A stretch of DNA of 47,250 nt, counting the filler, from Streblomastix strix (Eukaryota), in the NCBI GenBank assembly GCA_008636045.1. It is 2 parts of 2 records of this genome, joined end to end, with 100 filler letters (N's around TTAATTAATTAA, not from the genome) between each part and the next. Parts side by side here need not be neighbours in the genome. Positions count along the whole stretch, not along the records: positions 1 to 23,582 come from SNRW01000271.1; 1 more part is not named here. One strand, given 5' to 3'. Each line of letters opens with the position of its first letter. Position 1 is the first letter of the stretch. This document shows, in pieces, positions 1 through 13,470 of the stretch. The translations under genes and the position numbers were made by a program. Below the pieces are notes generated by a model. The model was not told the origin of the DNA, did no database searches, and saw nothing but the letters and a program-made list of their open reading frames with translations.

Positions 1-1061
1 TAACAGTACTAACTCCAATTCTATCTGTTTCAATAATAGTGTAAATGAACATACATAAAAATAGTAGAATAATACATACAGTTTGAATATAAATAATGGT
101 ACAGATATATGTAGTTCGGTATTATAAATTTAAATTTACGAATCGATGCTATCTTATATTATTACTGGAGTTTAAATAAAGATTTTGCAATAGCTGATCG
201 ATGTATTGGTCTAATAAAAATATATGAACCAACTGCTAATAACTTCATAACATCCATCGAACCTCTATAGGGTGCTGATTAGTCATATTCCATCAATATA
301 AGGTATAATTATGGGAAGTAGATAACATTAACGAATGGAAATTTAATTGAAACCGATACAATACCTATTAATGTATAATAATTAACGATGTAATAAATTT
401 GTAGAAATATTAATACATTTCCCATTAGAGTGATATGTTCATTACTTGCGTTAAACGTATAATAATGGAAGGATATATACACCGAATGTTAAATATTTAA
501 TTAATATGGACATTATATAACATCTGCAGTTAATGAATACAACTCTAAATCTCATTTGAATTGGTATGTTAATAGTATAGTATTATCTAACAACTTATAT
601 ATATAATTAATCGGTGGATTAGATTTGAATGATGGTAATATCTAAAATAATGCTAATCAATTGGCTAATATAACCTTTACCGAAAAAATAATCGACTTAT
701 AAGATTGGTTCTATAAAACTAAATACAATTAATAATCATTTTTATCGGATATATTCATTTTTTGTCCTTATATCGGTAATTTCTTAGAATATCCTTAGAT
801 GTTAATTATATACGTTGATAATCAAATGTAGGGATCAATAATAAAACCATTAACAATGTAGAGTTTTCGAATGTGTGTTATAAATAGAATCTAATAGGAA
901 CACTTGTTCTTTGGGGATAGTATATGTTATCATAGACTGGATTAATGGGTATGAATAAATGCTTTGTATTTAAATTGTATGATAATTTTGGACGAAGAAT
1001 ACCTAATTAGTTTATGGATATATATAACAATTTACAATTAGAGTTGTAATATATTCAATGA
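1..1061 (+). pseudogene. 5'-truncated, frameshifted ORF, possibly a minor capsid (penton, single jelly-roll)-like protein
   Basis: Frame open 49-954 with TAR=Gln, then shifted frame NKCFVFKLYDNFGRRIPNQFMDIYNNLQLELQYIQ* ending 1061. This tail resembles the 'I.L.D..GR.I.F...L.L.F' C-terminus of Polinton/adintovirus minor capsid proteins. Resemblance by eye only. Confidence 0.3.
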
Positions 1062-1079
1062 TTTTTTAAATTAAAATAA

Positions 1080-1208
1080 ATGGAAATCTTCAATTAGACT
1101 ATAATTAAAGCTCTTGAATCAGTTGGGATTAATTGGCATGAACTGTTCGAAAAGATATTTAACTTTACAATATAATACGCTTGTTAGAGTGATATATGCT
1201 ATAAATGA
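1080..1208 (+). CDS. Conserved 42-aa element microprotein (copy 1)
   Basis: MEIFNQTIIKALESVGINWHELFEKIFNFTIQYACQSDICYK*, clearly similar to ORF 20920-21063. Confidence 0.75.
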
Positions 1209-1228
1209 TTGATTATTTTTACATTAAA

Positions 1229-2414
1229 ATGAATAAATTTATTAATGATAAAGCTTATGAAATAAATAAGTTAAGTTTGAGAGACTTTGTAAATAGTTTG
1301 AATCGTAAATTTAAAACCAAGTTTACTATAAATGACTTAGAAAAATAATTCACAGAAACAGGTTTGAGTTCAAATGTAAAACATGTTAAAACTATAGCTG
1401 AGTTATATAAGACATACATAGATAAATTTTAAGAATATCACATAATTAAATAGAAAAAAATAATAAAATGATGATCTTTAATAAATTGATTAAATTTAAC
1501 CAAGTTCTTAATCAAATCCATTCGATAAATAGAATAAGATAAAGGATTATAAATTAAAACCATTAAAACAATTTTATAGACCTTTCTTCTCTAAATCATT
1601 AGGATCATGGGAGATAGATATAGTATTCGCTGATAAAGTTGATTTGCCTATAGGCCAGCAGACTTATAAGCTAGTTTATTATTTATTCTGTATTAATATC
1701 AAAACTAAATTCGTAGTTGTTTATGAGATTATGAATAAAACATTAGAAGAGATTTTAAGGTGTCTCGATTAATTATTCAAATAATAACATGTAACTAATC
1801 TAAGGTCTGATGGTGAAAGCGCTATTGGTAGTAAAATTATATAATATTTCTTATAGTCTCATCATAGATAATATTTCAAGAGTAAATCAAAATTCACTAA
1901 TAAAAATAGAAAAGTTGACAGAGTTATTCGTACCATTTGAGATGTTTTCATTGGTTTGAATTTGATTAATTCAAATTTAATGTAATAAATAGTTAAATAC
2001 TATAATGATAAGCCTCATTAAGCTTTTGATTTAAAAAATAGTCCTACATAAGTAAATAAAGATAAAGATTTGGAAGGTATATATATACGTTCTTAGATGA
2101 AAAAATTAGATGAGGATAAATAATAGTAGAATTAACTTACAAAACTAACGAAAGGAAATTTAATATTGATTCATCTTGATTTATCTAAGACATTACATTA
2201 ATTCAAAAAATAGCGTAGATAGATTAATGAATTGGCAATATTCGAGAAATTTTTGCATGGGAATATAATATATAGATTATTGAAACAGTACAAAGATATA
2301 TAGTAAGTTGAAATACCTACTTACTTCGCTAATAAGGTAATTGAAGATCAACAAAAATTATATATTAAATATAAATGGACATTTTTACCTAATGATAATA
2401 GATCTAATTAATGA
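1229..2414 (+). pseudogene. Retroviral-like (rve) integrase of Polinton type, disrupted
   Basis: RPFFSKSLGSWEIDIVF...YYLFCINIKTKF...NLRSDGES...KFTNKNRKVDRVIRTI*D...YYNDKPH. Frameshift near the A-run at ~1455-1470 and in-frame TGA at 1938-1940. Confidence 0.85.
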
Positions 2415-2466
2415 ATAAAATAAAATCAAAGATTCTGGCATAAATGCTAACAATGATGTTATTACT

Positions 2467-2795
2467 ATGAAACGTTAATATGAAAGAAAAGACAGTGCAA
2501 ATTGTGGAAGACCTAGGAAATATAATATAATTGAAGAGGCTAAAAATAAAGAAAAAGAATAACGAAGTCAATTTAAAAAGAAGTAATATGCAATCATTGG
2601 ATAATTTAGATAAACAAACACCGAATTATAACATACCGCTATTCGATAGATTTAAAAGGTAAAATAGATGAATAAGATATAATCACTATAATTAACATTC
2701 TTTAAAAATATAAACAATAAAAACAAAAACAAAATGAAGAACATTTCATCTCCAATAACAAAGTCAGTGACATGGATGATTAAAACTAGTAATGA
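2467..2795 (+). pseudogene. Small basic protein with AT-hook-like GRPRK motif, apparently frameshifted
   Basis: MKRQYERKDSANCGRPRKYNIIEEAKNKEKEQR..., continuing in a shifted frame to TGA at 2793-2795. Confidence 0.5.
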
Positions 2796-3047
2796 AATGT
2801 TTTAATTTATTTTTCTCAATCTTTTGTCATCAAACATAGTCATCAATAATAGTAATGCTTCTTATCTATTTATTTATGCTTATTCTATAATCTATTTTAA
2901 TTATTCCATCTTCAATCGTTAATTATATTAACGTAGAATGAATCGTAGTTCTATCATTGGATCTGACTTAGTAGCTAAACAGAGTAATGATGATAGGAAT
3001 TAGCTATAAATCATATATTCTTGTACTTATATTTTTATATAATTAAA

Positions 3048-3989
3048 ATGAATCTATCAAATGTTTCTAAACTATAATTATAAGAAAATGCTAAAAGAAT
3101 AGGTCTAACTGATATAAGTGGATATAAAAATAACGATATGAGATACTTGATAAGATAATAACTAAATAAAGATAAGAATTATGTTAATTAATAATTATGT
3201 TTGATTAATAGCTTTATAAATTAAAAATATCCTTAATAACCATAGTAGTTATCATCATCAACATAATAGTAACTATTTAAGTTAAAATTAGGAGATTAAT
3301 ATGAATTACATGAATAGTTATCGTCTTACAATAATCCTGATAATAAAATCAATAATTATAGAAATGAAAAAGATTCATATAGAACATTAGATACTATTAC
3401 AATGAGATCATTAGCTTAAAATCTATTATATGATTAGATAGATATATAAGCAAGAGTAAAAAATATGATAAATAATTCAGTTGAAATACGTGATCCTTCG
3501 TTAGTTGAAATACCTAATGTTAATACTTAAATTGCATCAGGAAAATACAATTACTAAGATATAGAACCTTATGGAAATTACAATGCGTTAGTTAATTAAT
3601 CATTATAAGATATAACTAGTAAATAAGAATCTATAAATTAAAAATTTGGAAGATAATTGATTCTAGAAGAATTAACTGAAAAAATAGAAAGAATAAGTGT
3701 ATGAATAAGAAAAGGAGTATTAAATCATATATGAATAAGAACAATTAGGTGATGATACATTAATTGGTAAGCCATCTGCACCGCCAATTTCAGCACCTTA
3801 ACAAAATTAATAATAATCATCATTTGTATAAGAATATGATGAATAAGATAAAATAGAATAATTATAAACAAAAGAAATGATAAATTAGAATGATGCAATG
3901 AATTATAAGTTTGGATCAATGGATTTGGATCTATCTTTTCTTAATAACGTTCAATTTCCTCAGAAGAAAATAGATATGAGAATTAGTGA
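3048..3989 (+). pseudogene. Decayed element ORF with N-terminal Rho_N/HeH-like helical motif
   Basis: MNLSNVSKLQLQENAKRIGLTDISGYKNNDMRYLIRY, followed by long open stretches broken by frameshifts and TGAs. Confidence 0.4.
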
Positions 3990-4011
3990 TACAACACCAT
4001 CTTATATTTAA

Positions 4012-4170
4012 ATGAATAATGTGTTAGCTAAAGCAGAGAAGGTAAATTAAGCTAAAATTAAAAAGAATAAAATTAGCGAAAAATGATTGCCTGCATAAAT
4101 AGAAGCATAGAAAGAACTTAAAAAGAAATATGGTAAAAAATTGCTTAAACAGAAAACCAAACCAACCTGA
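4012..4170 (+). pseudogene. Short Lys-rich ORF with one internal TGA
   Basis: MNNVLAKAEKVNQAKIKKNKISEK*LPAQIEAQKELKKKYGKKLLKQKTKPT*. Confidence 0.35.
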
Positions 4171-4188
4171 TTCGCTTGCTTCACAAAA

Positions 4189-7100
4189 TCAATTTCGTTG
4201 AAAGTCTTTATTAATATCAGCAGTTAATCCATAGATAAGCGGTAAACAACTTTAACTATTTTTAAGTACTATCATCTTAACCTATATACCTTTTAACTCA
4301 TTCTTAGTCAATAATAATTTACACATACAATATGATTTTGAAAGTTATCCAACTTATAATTAATCTGTCCATTAATCTAATCGAATATTAGTTCCTTGTG
4401 TAATTTTTCCACTACTGATATTATCAATTAGGTCTTATTTGTTTATTTTGTTCTATCGAAGATTAACTCCTTTAAGTTTAATTACATCAACCAATGAATT
4501 ACGTTTAAATGTATGATTATAGTAATTCTTAGAGGCTAATGCAAACATCTCATCTCCTTCATTTTCGATAGATAAATCCAGTAAATTCTTTTCATCTTAT
4601 TTATAATCATCAAATCCAACTCCGTTGGCGGCATATATGCTAGTTGGAAAAAAGTATTTAGCATTAGCATCATAGAACTATTGGTCCTTGTTAACAAATT
4701 TAAAACCTTAATTTAAGTTATTTTTATTTTCTTATTAATTGTCATCACCTTTAATTACCTATCGTCCACTAATTGTTCAATAAGCTGAATTAGTATCTCC
4801 TTCAACAAAATGAAGCTTAGTCATATCCACATATTTATACATGAAACTATATATGAAATTAAGATATCAATACTTAGCATTATCAAATGCGAAATAAGCT
4901 ACTTGAAGACATGTGTTACATTTGCAAATCTTTGGATTAAATTAAGCAGCATAATTGTTATCCGTAAATTTACGATCATTCATCCATGATTATTTGGTAT
5001 GAGCTTCTTTAGTCTTTTCTTTAGTAAATAGTTTTATCTTATTATATTTCTCAGTATTCATACAGTCAGATACATAATAAGCATATAATATCATCTTACA
5101 AAATTTATTCAACCCACTATTCTTTTGCTTGATAGCCTCAATACGTTTATTCATGAACTCATTAACGAAGGCATTAAATTTAATATGTTTATAGAAAGTA
5201 ACTAATTGCTTAATATCATCGATAATAAAATGATAATCATCAATTAAGAACAATAAATAATAAAAACTAAAAGTCATATATTAATTATGAGTAGATAATA
5301 ATTGACTTAATTTCCTTTCATATTTTATCTGTTTTAACTCCTGCTTATATCATCCAATCATACATATATTACCTGATAGTGTCTTTGTTAGTAGTGTATG
5401 ATATGCTAAGAATAATTAGGGGCAATTAACAAAATCATTAATGTATTTCTCATCAATTTGACCCTTGAGTTATGCTATGAATACTTATCCCTTATCAGTG
5501 GATCGATCATCTGAGTGAATTATTTTTCTTGTAATATCTTAATCTTAAAAGGTTATTGTTACCGATCCACACATATATATTATATCATTAGTATACTTGT
5601 TAAAGGGAAGATATTACTATATGAAACAACTTGGAAATAATGAGTTAAAATCAGAACCGCAGAAATGAGTTATAGTACGATTAGTATTGATTACTGTTAT
5701 GGTTTTAGCTGATTCTTTATAATAATATCGTTTGATTGTATCGATATTAGCACGATTAATAACGATGTATTACATTTGATAGACCACCTGTATTGTTACG
5801 ATGAATGAGTAAATAATACTTCATCATTTACAAATGTTTAAGGTAGATGATTTATATTACAAAATCGACGTAGTTAAATAAATAATCGAGTTATCTTTTC
5901 ATCTTTATCCGATTTATATCGATTACAATATAAGCGACAAGGTTAACAGTTTGATTTAATATGAAGGAGTCCATTATCAATACGGTCTAATGTAGGCTTA
6001 TTATTCATTGAAAATTTATCACTACAAATGGTTCAAGTAGAATGACTGAATAGATCCTTATAATATTCGAAATCATTAATATTAACGATATTGTTTGTCT
6101 TTCTATGATTTATTTTGTCCTAAGTATTATATCCTATTACATTATAGTTCCAATAGCTTTGAGATAGAATGAAAGATTTAGACTTAGTGTGAAACCTTTG
6201 GTTTGCCGGTACTTTTTAGTGCGGAAACGTAGTTTCTAAACCGAACTTAACAAGTTCGGAGCTCTGCTAAGCTCCGACTTGTTATTATGGGTAATTAACG
6301 TTTAAATCGAAATCTTTATAAGCTATAGCATATTTTGTAGCATTTACATTAACAGCAAGACTCATGAAACTAAGCATATCGACAATGTATTAATAGAACT
6401 AATTATTAATGTTATCAAATGATTGTATCATTATCTATGTGTGTAATTCATTATAGTGTTATTGATAGTCCCATCTTGTCGCATAATTCTAAGCATCATT
6501 GCGATATATTAAGTAATGCTCATCAATCATAGTCTTATTTTTCAACATTGAATCAAATGCTTTAATTGGGAAGGGTTATGTTTTAGTTAGTTTTTAATTA
6601 AAATTATCATATATAATATCTTCATAAGGAAATAAACCTTTTGATTAGTTGTCTTGGTTGCCGAAATCCTTAGAAAAATTGGCTAAATCTGTAAGCTAAG
6701 TATAGTTCATTGCGTCGATAAAATTGATACACTATTTATTTTATTTATTTTCAACTATTATCTGTTTACCCTATCCAGAACTGCCAATTTAGTTTTACAT
6801 TATCCATTTATCATTATGAAGGTATTTAGAGAATAGAGCTTAATCGAATCTAGATGAATCGATACCGATAATTGATACATTTTATATGTAAGGTATTGTT
6901 TCATCGTTATACTTATTATCTATTGAAATTTATTTAGTTTATTCGAATAACTACTCGATCCACTAAGTTATAAAATCAACTCAATTGTGTAAGTCAAAAC
7001 AGATAATTTTTAAAGCTGCAAACCCGAATGGAGTTGCAATCTTATTATAATAATTGTCAAATTAGTATTATTCTTTCCATTTAAGTTTGATAGTTGATGC

Positions 7101-7830
7101 AACGGATTGGGGTTCTAATATTGAGATCCTTTAGCTATTACGAATAATTTGATTATTAATGTCCTACTATTAATGATTGTCTTTATGGATTAGTTTACCG
7201 AAATAAATATTAACTTTACATTCAACTGTTTCCAAATCATATTTAATGTAATATTATATATGTTTAAACTATTGTATTGCGTTGTTTGCTAATAGATAAA
7301 CATAAGTTTCAATTCGTTATATACGAGTGACATAAGGGAATGGTTATTCATCTAGTTTTACTTTCTTAATTATTTTATCGCTATTATTCTAACATTAGCT
7401 AACATGATTTTCTTAGTCTCTTTAGAAATGATCTGTTTTAGAGTCAAATGATTGTTAATAACAATGAGGGCAATAATTTTATCTCGATAATCTATCTGCA
7501 TTAGTTACATAGAAAACATGATAAATATCAGACTAGCTAGCTAGTTTGCAGGCAACTTTGTTGTTATTTTAATTGTCGTTACATGATGAGACTAATAGAA
7601 TGTTAAATAAATATAAATATGAAGTAATATAACTGTTGCAGCAGAAATATTGACATAGAATTGATAAAACCTTTATCTAAAAATCATCAATTTTTAAGTC
7701 AAAATTTTTGGAATTATTAATTTTGTTGTACAGAAACTAGCTATCTATTATATTTATATTTATATTGTAATTACCTCATATATGTTGTACGTAATAAATA
7801 TTAAGTTGCTCAAATTAATTAATATGTAAC
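4189..7830 (-). pseudogene. Protein-primed family B DNA polymerase, decayed (copy 1)
   Basis: CPHC..H...C finger; motif A HFCGSDFNSLFPS; degenerate motif B KMILYAYYVSDCMNTEKY; motif C HFVEGDTNS; C-terminus IVLKNSQSCLPLIYGLTAD homologous to the intact copy; frameshifts and stops. 5' end approximate. Confidence 0.9.
6183..6278 (-). other. 96-nt GC-enriched multi-hairpin insertion inside pPolB copy 1 (in frame, GT...AG bounded on the coding strand)
   Basis: Absent at the aligned site of the intact pPolB. Consecutive stems on +: AAACC/GGTTT, CCGGTACT/AGTGCGG (imperfect), GAAAC/GTTTC, CCGAACTT/AAGTTCGG, GGAGCT/AGCTCC. Confidence 0.7.
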
Positions 7831-8116
7831 AAAGATATTTATAAAATAAATAAAAAAATTAACAATTTTTTTAACTAAAATATTTTAGATATTTAAATAA
7901 TATATTATTACCTAATTTTATTACATTTAGAGTAAATTATTTAATATTTTAGTGAAATAAAGATCATTTATTTTAATAATAATTTATCTGAATTTTTCAA
8001 ATCCTCAAAAAAATAGAAGTAATTATTTTTTTATTTTTTATATAAAATTAATAAATTTATGATTTTTTCATTTTTTTTTAAAAAAAATCAAATTAGTTTT
8101 TAATTTATTAATTAAA

Positions 8117-8525
8117 GAAATGCAAATGAAATCATTGAAGTGCATGACAATAATAATTAAGTTATAGATTACATATTTATGAAATAAAACATTCCAAAAA
8201 ATTTCATCTTTGGGTATTAAAAAATAAATGATCGTTATATGAAAGAGAAAAAAATTATTAATTAAATGATCAAATAAAGGTATGACTAGGAAAATTTAAT
8301 AAAAATCTTGTATCGTAATAAAAAATGTTTGAATATAAAAACAATTCACTTTTGTTTCATGATAATTTTCCAAATAGCACGAATATTAATTAAATCATTA
8401 AAGAAGAGCTAACAAAGACAGTTGGAATGCAAATTAAAGCAAAAAAATATATGTTTCCAGAAGATTAATTGAATGATATAATCGAACGAATTAAACGTAT
8501 CGTAAATGAAGTTTAAGATGTATGA
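8117..8525 (+). pseudogene. Remnant resembling the C-terminal domain of the element HNH proteins
   Basis: NANEIIEVHDNNNQVIDYIFMKQNIPKNFIFGY weakly parallels PDDTITINDYGTHRFEFYSY (21113 ORF) and PDDAIRIEIYDSG (21760 ORF). Confidence 0.25.
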
Positions 8526-8983
8526 GCTTTATTTATTTTTAATTTAATTGAAATGTAATATATCTAATTCGATAGTAAACTATTTAAGATAATTAAATCA
8601 TATGATAAAATGTAATAATTATTTGATCTAAAATAATAAATAAAACTGATACACATCTCCTGACGTTAGATTCATCAAATAAATTTCACTAAAACTATGC
8701 AATAAACAAAGAGTCTAACGATAATATGCAAAAAATAAGATTAAATAAACTACAAATAGTTGGAAAATATATTTTCACACGTAAGAATTTAAAAACAAAG
8801 TTGAAATAATTGAAACACAAATAATCTTAATCTAATGAATTAACTATTATGCAAGAATAAATCAAATAAATATATGACAAATTAGCGATTTTAGTGAATC
8901 TATTTGAATAAATATAACAAACTATATCATATGAAGATGATAAATACATTCATTGAACAATTTTATTTCTGAGTGCAAGCAAA

Positions 8984-9770
8984 TCAAATAACTTGTATAA
9001 CAGTTCCATCATTATCATACTATACCAGTAATGCTTCTCGTTAGCCTAAATATATATATTTTCTCCACAATATTTCCTTAACAAATGGAAAATTCAATTA
9101 ATTGATGCATAAATTGAATTTTTATCAATTAAATCCAACAAAAAAGTATATTATTTCAATTTCAAATTTAATACTTGAATCTTATCTAATTATTTCATAC
9201 AAGTATATTAAATAAATAATTCTTAGCAATCTATTTTTTGAATAGTATCATTTATAATGCGTTACTCTAACATTTGAAGATATTCATCGCATCATCGAAC
9301 AAAACAAATACATGCAGGAATTTAATAGAGAAATCCTTTGCTCTAATATTAGATAATATAATTTTTTTGTTTCATTATTTATTTATTTTTATAATTTCTT
9401 TTCAATTACTTCATCACCAACATTTTTAAATTCAATTATCGTCTTAAATAATTCCATTTGCTTCAGTGTAAGCAATTATTTTTGTGGAAGTATTTACTAA
9501 ATCTTTAATTTTTTATAAATTTTATCGTTATTATTATCAGTAAAATATATCTAGTGCATGACATTATTTACGTTGCTAACTCAATTTGACTAATTCATTA
9601 AATATATTACACTATTTATCGTTTGTTCGTAAATCTATGAGAACTTTGGTAGAATTTCATAAAAAAATTTAGTTCTTTCTAAATGACCGACTATTCTTCA
9701 TGTTAAATAGTTTTCTATTTATTAAATAATTGATCAATGTATAAATTAAGAGACGTTTATTTCATATTAA
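8984..9770 (-). pseudogene. A32/FtsK-like viral packaging ATPase remnant
   Basis: Walker-B-like LHVFVLFDDAMNIF followed by an R..RIIYF segment, in element context. Walker A is not recognisable because of decay. Confidence 0.5.
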
Positions 9771-10261
9771 TTATTTCTTTCACTTATATTTACGTTTTGT
9801 TAATATCAAAATGAATTCATTTTAAGAAATTTAAATTAAACTTAGAGATCAATAATATTAAAGAAATTTCTTAAAAAATCAAAAAAATAAATAATTCATT
9901 ATCGATATTAATCAAACATTAATAAAGAAATAATTATTGTATCAAATATGGAGATTCAATTCAAAAAAAAGGAAATTACCCTGCAATTATTGAAGTAGCT
10001 AAAAGACTAAAAAATTTATAAATCAAATTAATGAATTACATAAAGTAATATTATATATAACAAGAATAATAAATAATTCTTAATTCTTTATTAACTTAAA
10101 AAGCTGATTAATCTATAAATTTGACTTAGAATTCTCTAGCATAAATGCTATAAAAATAATCTTTATTTTAAATTTTTCAACCAATATTAGCTATTTAATC
10201 TATATAACTTATATAACCTATTTAATAAACGCAATAACAGATTTTTACTTAAAACCAAAAC

Positions 10262-11263
10262 ATGTCAACTCGCGATGAAATAAATGAAATTCTTACGGGT
10301 GCAATTAATGAATAAAGTTAATCTATTCATTAATACAAATTTAAATAAAATTAAATCATGGAGATAGACGAATTTATTCAACCATGCAATACGACTTAAG
10401 AAAAATTACTTCAAACAGCATTAGATTCCGATGAAGATTACTCAGATACTAAAGCAAAACGAAATGCAGTAGGAAATGCATTTATTCAATTAATTTGATG
10501 CATTAATATAGATATTAAACAAAATTGTGAACTTGTTTCATTAGCTTCAGCACGAGAATTTGCTTCTCGTTATCCAATGTTAGGTTTTCATGTAAAAGCT
10601 CATAATCTTGAGAATGATAAAATATTCCTGATAGTACAGTTATTTATAGTAAGAATGGAAATATTTATGCAGTAGATGGATTCTACACCGCACCAGGTTT
10701 TGATAGACTTAATAAAAAGGCTAAATATAGAATAATAAAGAGTGGAGATACCATATAAGGTTATTATGGAGTAGGAGACTATGCAACTAGACGTGCAATC
10801 AGAGGAAAAGATAAGAAAATTGCAGTTGAAAATAGTTCATATGACTCCATACTAGAGATATTAAAGATTATCCAGAGGAAAAATATCAGAAAATAATGAT
10901 TTGATTGCTAGTGATAAAGAACCTTCAACATATAACGCATTCCAGAAATTCGTATCACAAAATATGGAAAGTATTAGAGCAGGATCAAGTAAAAGTATTG
11001 GACCAACATCATAAATAGTTTCAAGATTTTGGAATGGAATATTGGGATAAGCAGCACGTTAACTTGATCCATAAAGAACACGTATTCAGGAATATAGAAC
11101 TGAAAATCCAACTACATAGGCATAGTTAACTGATATAGATATCGCTAAACGTATATTCAATACCAAGAAGAGAGGAAAGAAATTGGACGCAGTAGCATTT
11201 CAAATTATTCAATCACAAGTAAATAATATAAGATAGATACTAATTGATAACGATTTCCAATGA
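10262..11263 (+). pseudogene. Element-encoded hypothetical protein (~330 aa), one TGA and at least two frameshifts
   Basis: MSTRDEINEILTGAINE... NGNIYAVDGFYTAPG... KEPSTYNAFQKFVS... IVSRFWNGILG... DNDFQ*. Confidence 0.55.
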
Positions 11264-11291
11264 ATAGGCCGATGATATTATTTTTGTTAAA

Positions 11292-13260
11292 ATCAAACGA
11301 TAGATAAAATTGGAATCATAAAGGTGCAAGAATTAATTCGATTATTTGATTCAAGTACAGTTATGCCCATAAATGACAAGGATTAATGAATTGAATTATC
11401 TTAAATATTAACGAAAATTAACTACTTTTGAAAGAAAAACAATGAATACGCTGTTGAATTTGCGATAATTGAACATGTTGAAAAATATTTAGCTGATTAA
11501 GAAACATAAATAAAATAATAAAGAGAATAAATGAAAGATAAAATGAGATAGTTAATTTAATAAGAATTTCCATAGCAAGAATAACATCATGAACGCTAGC
11601 TTGAACATATCTATGAGATACATAATCGTTAAGCATTAGAGGACTTTCATAATACACCTGAACAAAACTTTAACTAAATATTCAAAATAAATGAAGAAGA
11701 AATTGATGAGATGCATTAAAAATACATAAATGGACCATTCATTTAAATATAAGTAAATAATATTATAATTCGATGTAATGCAGCTGATGAAGTTAAATTT
11801 AATGTAACAAAGAATTAAGCTCTATAACGACATGATGAAAGTACTTCATCACTAAAATTCTCAGTAAAAAATAACATTGATCCAAGAGAGAAGCCTACAA
11901 TGCCATATTATTGAAATCTATCAAATTTAAATTAAAATGATTCATTAGATTCTTAGATAAATTTATCGACAAAAATAGCGTTCTACATTTAAGATAAGAG
12001 TTGATTTTGACATTATAATTTAGATATCTGATTCTGATGGAAATGAGTAGAATATTAGCTACAAATACATACATCCAGTAGATGCCAATACAGAAAGAAG
12101 AGTTCCAATAATTATAAAATCAGAAGAAAATATAGAAAGTTATAAGCATTATTTGCATGATGTTATTGCAGGCATGTAAGAGAGAACATAATAAGATACT
12201 CATAAAAAAATAATAGCAATATTCTCAATAATGATATAGATTTGTAAATTTTCATTAGATGGTGCAGCTATCCCATCATTATAGAAACACATCAAACGAA
12301 GAGATGTTTACTACGTAGAATGCAAATATAATATAAGTTTCTTTACTGCTTAAAGTTTCACTATAAAGCTTAATTCAAAGGAAAAAAAGATGGAAAGATT
12401 GTTCTAGAATCGCTGAAAGAAAGAGAATATTTAGAAGAATTTATAGAAAAGAATTCGATGAATCGTATTAAAGCTTCAACATTGCTACAGTCATTGATGA
12501 ATTCATCAGGAGCAAATAAATTAATGTACATTTGTTTATGAATGGAGATTATGATTAATCACTTAGTTATTACGCTATCCATCATTATTAACGCCCATTA
12601 TCAATACGAGACTTTAATGTGCTCTCATAAATAATGGTATAAAAGCATATATTATATATATCTCTGATATTTAGGCATTAACTGGATAACATTATTTAGA
12701 TATATATAAATTATAAGCGTTTAAGACATCAAATCTTAATATAAATAGAAATATGAGGAGACACATGAAAAAATTTAGGAAAAATTATGATAAGATTATT
12801 AAGAAAATTATCTTAGAGAAAATTGCTCGATCATTCGCTCTTCAAATATTTAGTAATATTACTTATAGATATCTATTCGTGAATGATTAAGAGATTGAAA
12901 TTAAATCTACTGAATATTTTATAACTTATGATATAGAGACATTCTAGAAATATATTTAGTAAAATTTTGGAGAAGATTCAAATATTAAATCTTATCTAAT
13001 TCCTTATTGTATTGCTTCAACTACAAAGAACAAATCAGGTATACATTCATTCTGTTATGATATTCGATATGTTAATTTTTTGGATTAATGATTGGACTAT
13101 AAATTCGAAGTAGCGAAGCAAATATAGAGAAAAAATAAGTATGAAGATGATAGTATACCGCAACAATTTGAAATACCAATAATTGGATTCTATTCTGCTA
13201 AGTTTGATATATCATTAATGTTTAAGAATTTGAAATAAAAGAATTGGAAAATCATTAAAA
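11292..13260 (+). pseudogene. pPolB 5' half, decayed and truncated (copy 3)
   Basis: N-terminal region homologous to the intact copy; ExoI YFITYDIET; ExoII-like IIGFYSAKFDISL; ends abruptly at the foldback element. Confidence 0.85.
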
Positions 13261-13470
13261 AACTCTAAAATTAAGCATAAATTTTTTTAAGAAAAATTGA
13301 TTCTTTAATATCTTATTAATAAATTGAATTGTATAAGAATTACTATTTCTATTTGATATATATTAACTTCTAATATAGAAATAATATCAATTAATATATA
13401 AATATATAAATAAATAAGATATTAACGAATTAATTTTTCTTAAAAAATTTAAGCATATTTTAGTGTTTTT
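13257..13470. mobile_element. ~210-bp foldback/MITE-like element with ~60-bp imperfect terminal inverted repeats
   Basis: Left AAAACTCTAAAATTAAGCATAAATTTTTTTAAGAAAAATTGATTCTTTAATATCTTATT vs reverse complement of right AAAACACTAAAATATGCTTAAATTTTTTAAGAAAAATTAATTCGTTAATATCTTATT. ATCATT flanks both sides. Confidence 0.65.

Larger units (their letters stand above)
1..13260. mobile_element. Decayed endogenous Polinton/Maverick-like virus region (probably more than one element)
   Basis: Tightly packed intronless ORFs read with TAR=Gln: rve integrase, two pPolB copies in opposite orientation, an ATPase remnant and small ORFs, with many frameshifts and in-frame TGAs. Confidence 0.85.

Noticed and set aside
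2810..3014. Small minus-strand ORF MIYSQFLSSLLCLATKSDPMIELRF...
   Set aside because: Plausible element gene, but no homologue in the window and no clear stop; insufficient support to list
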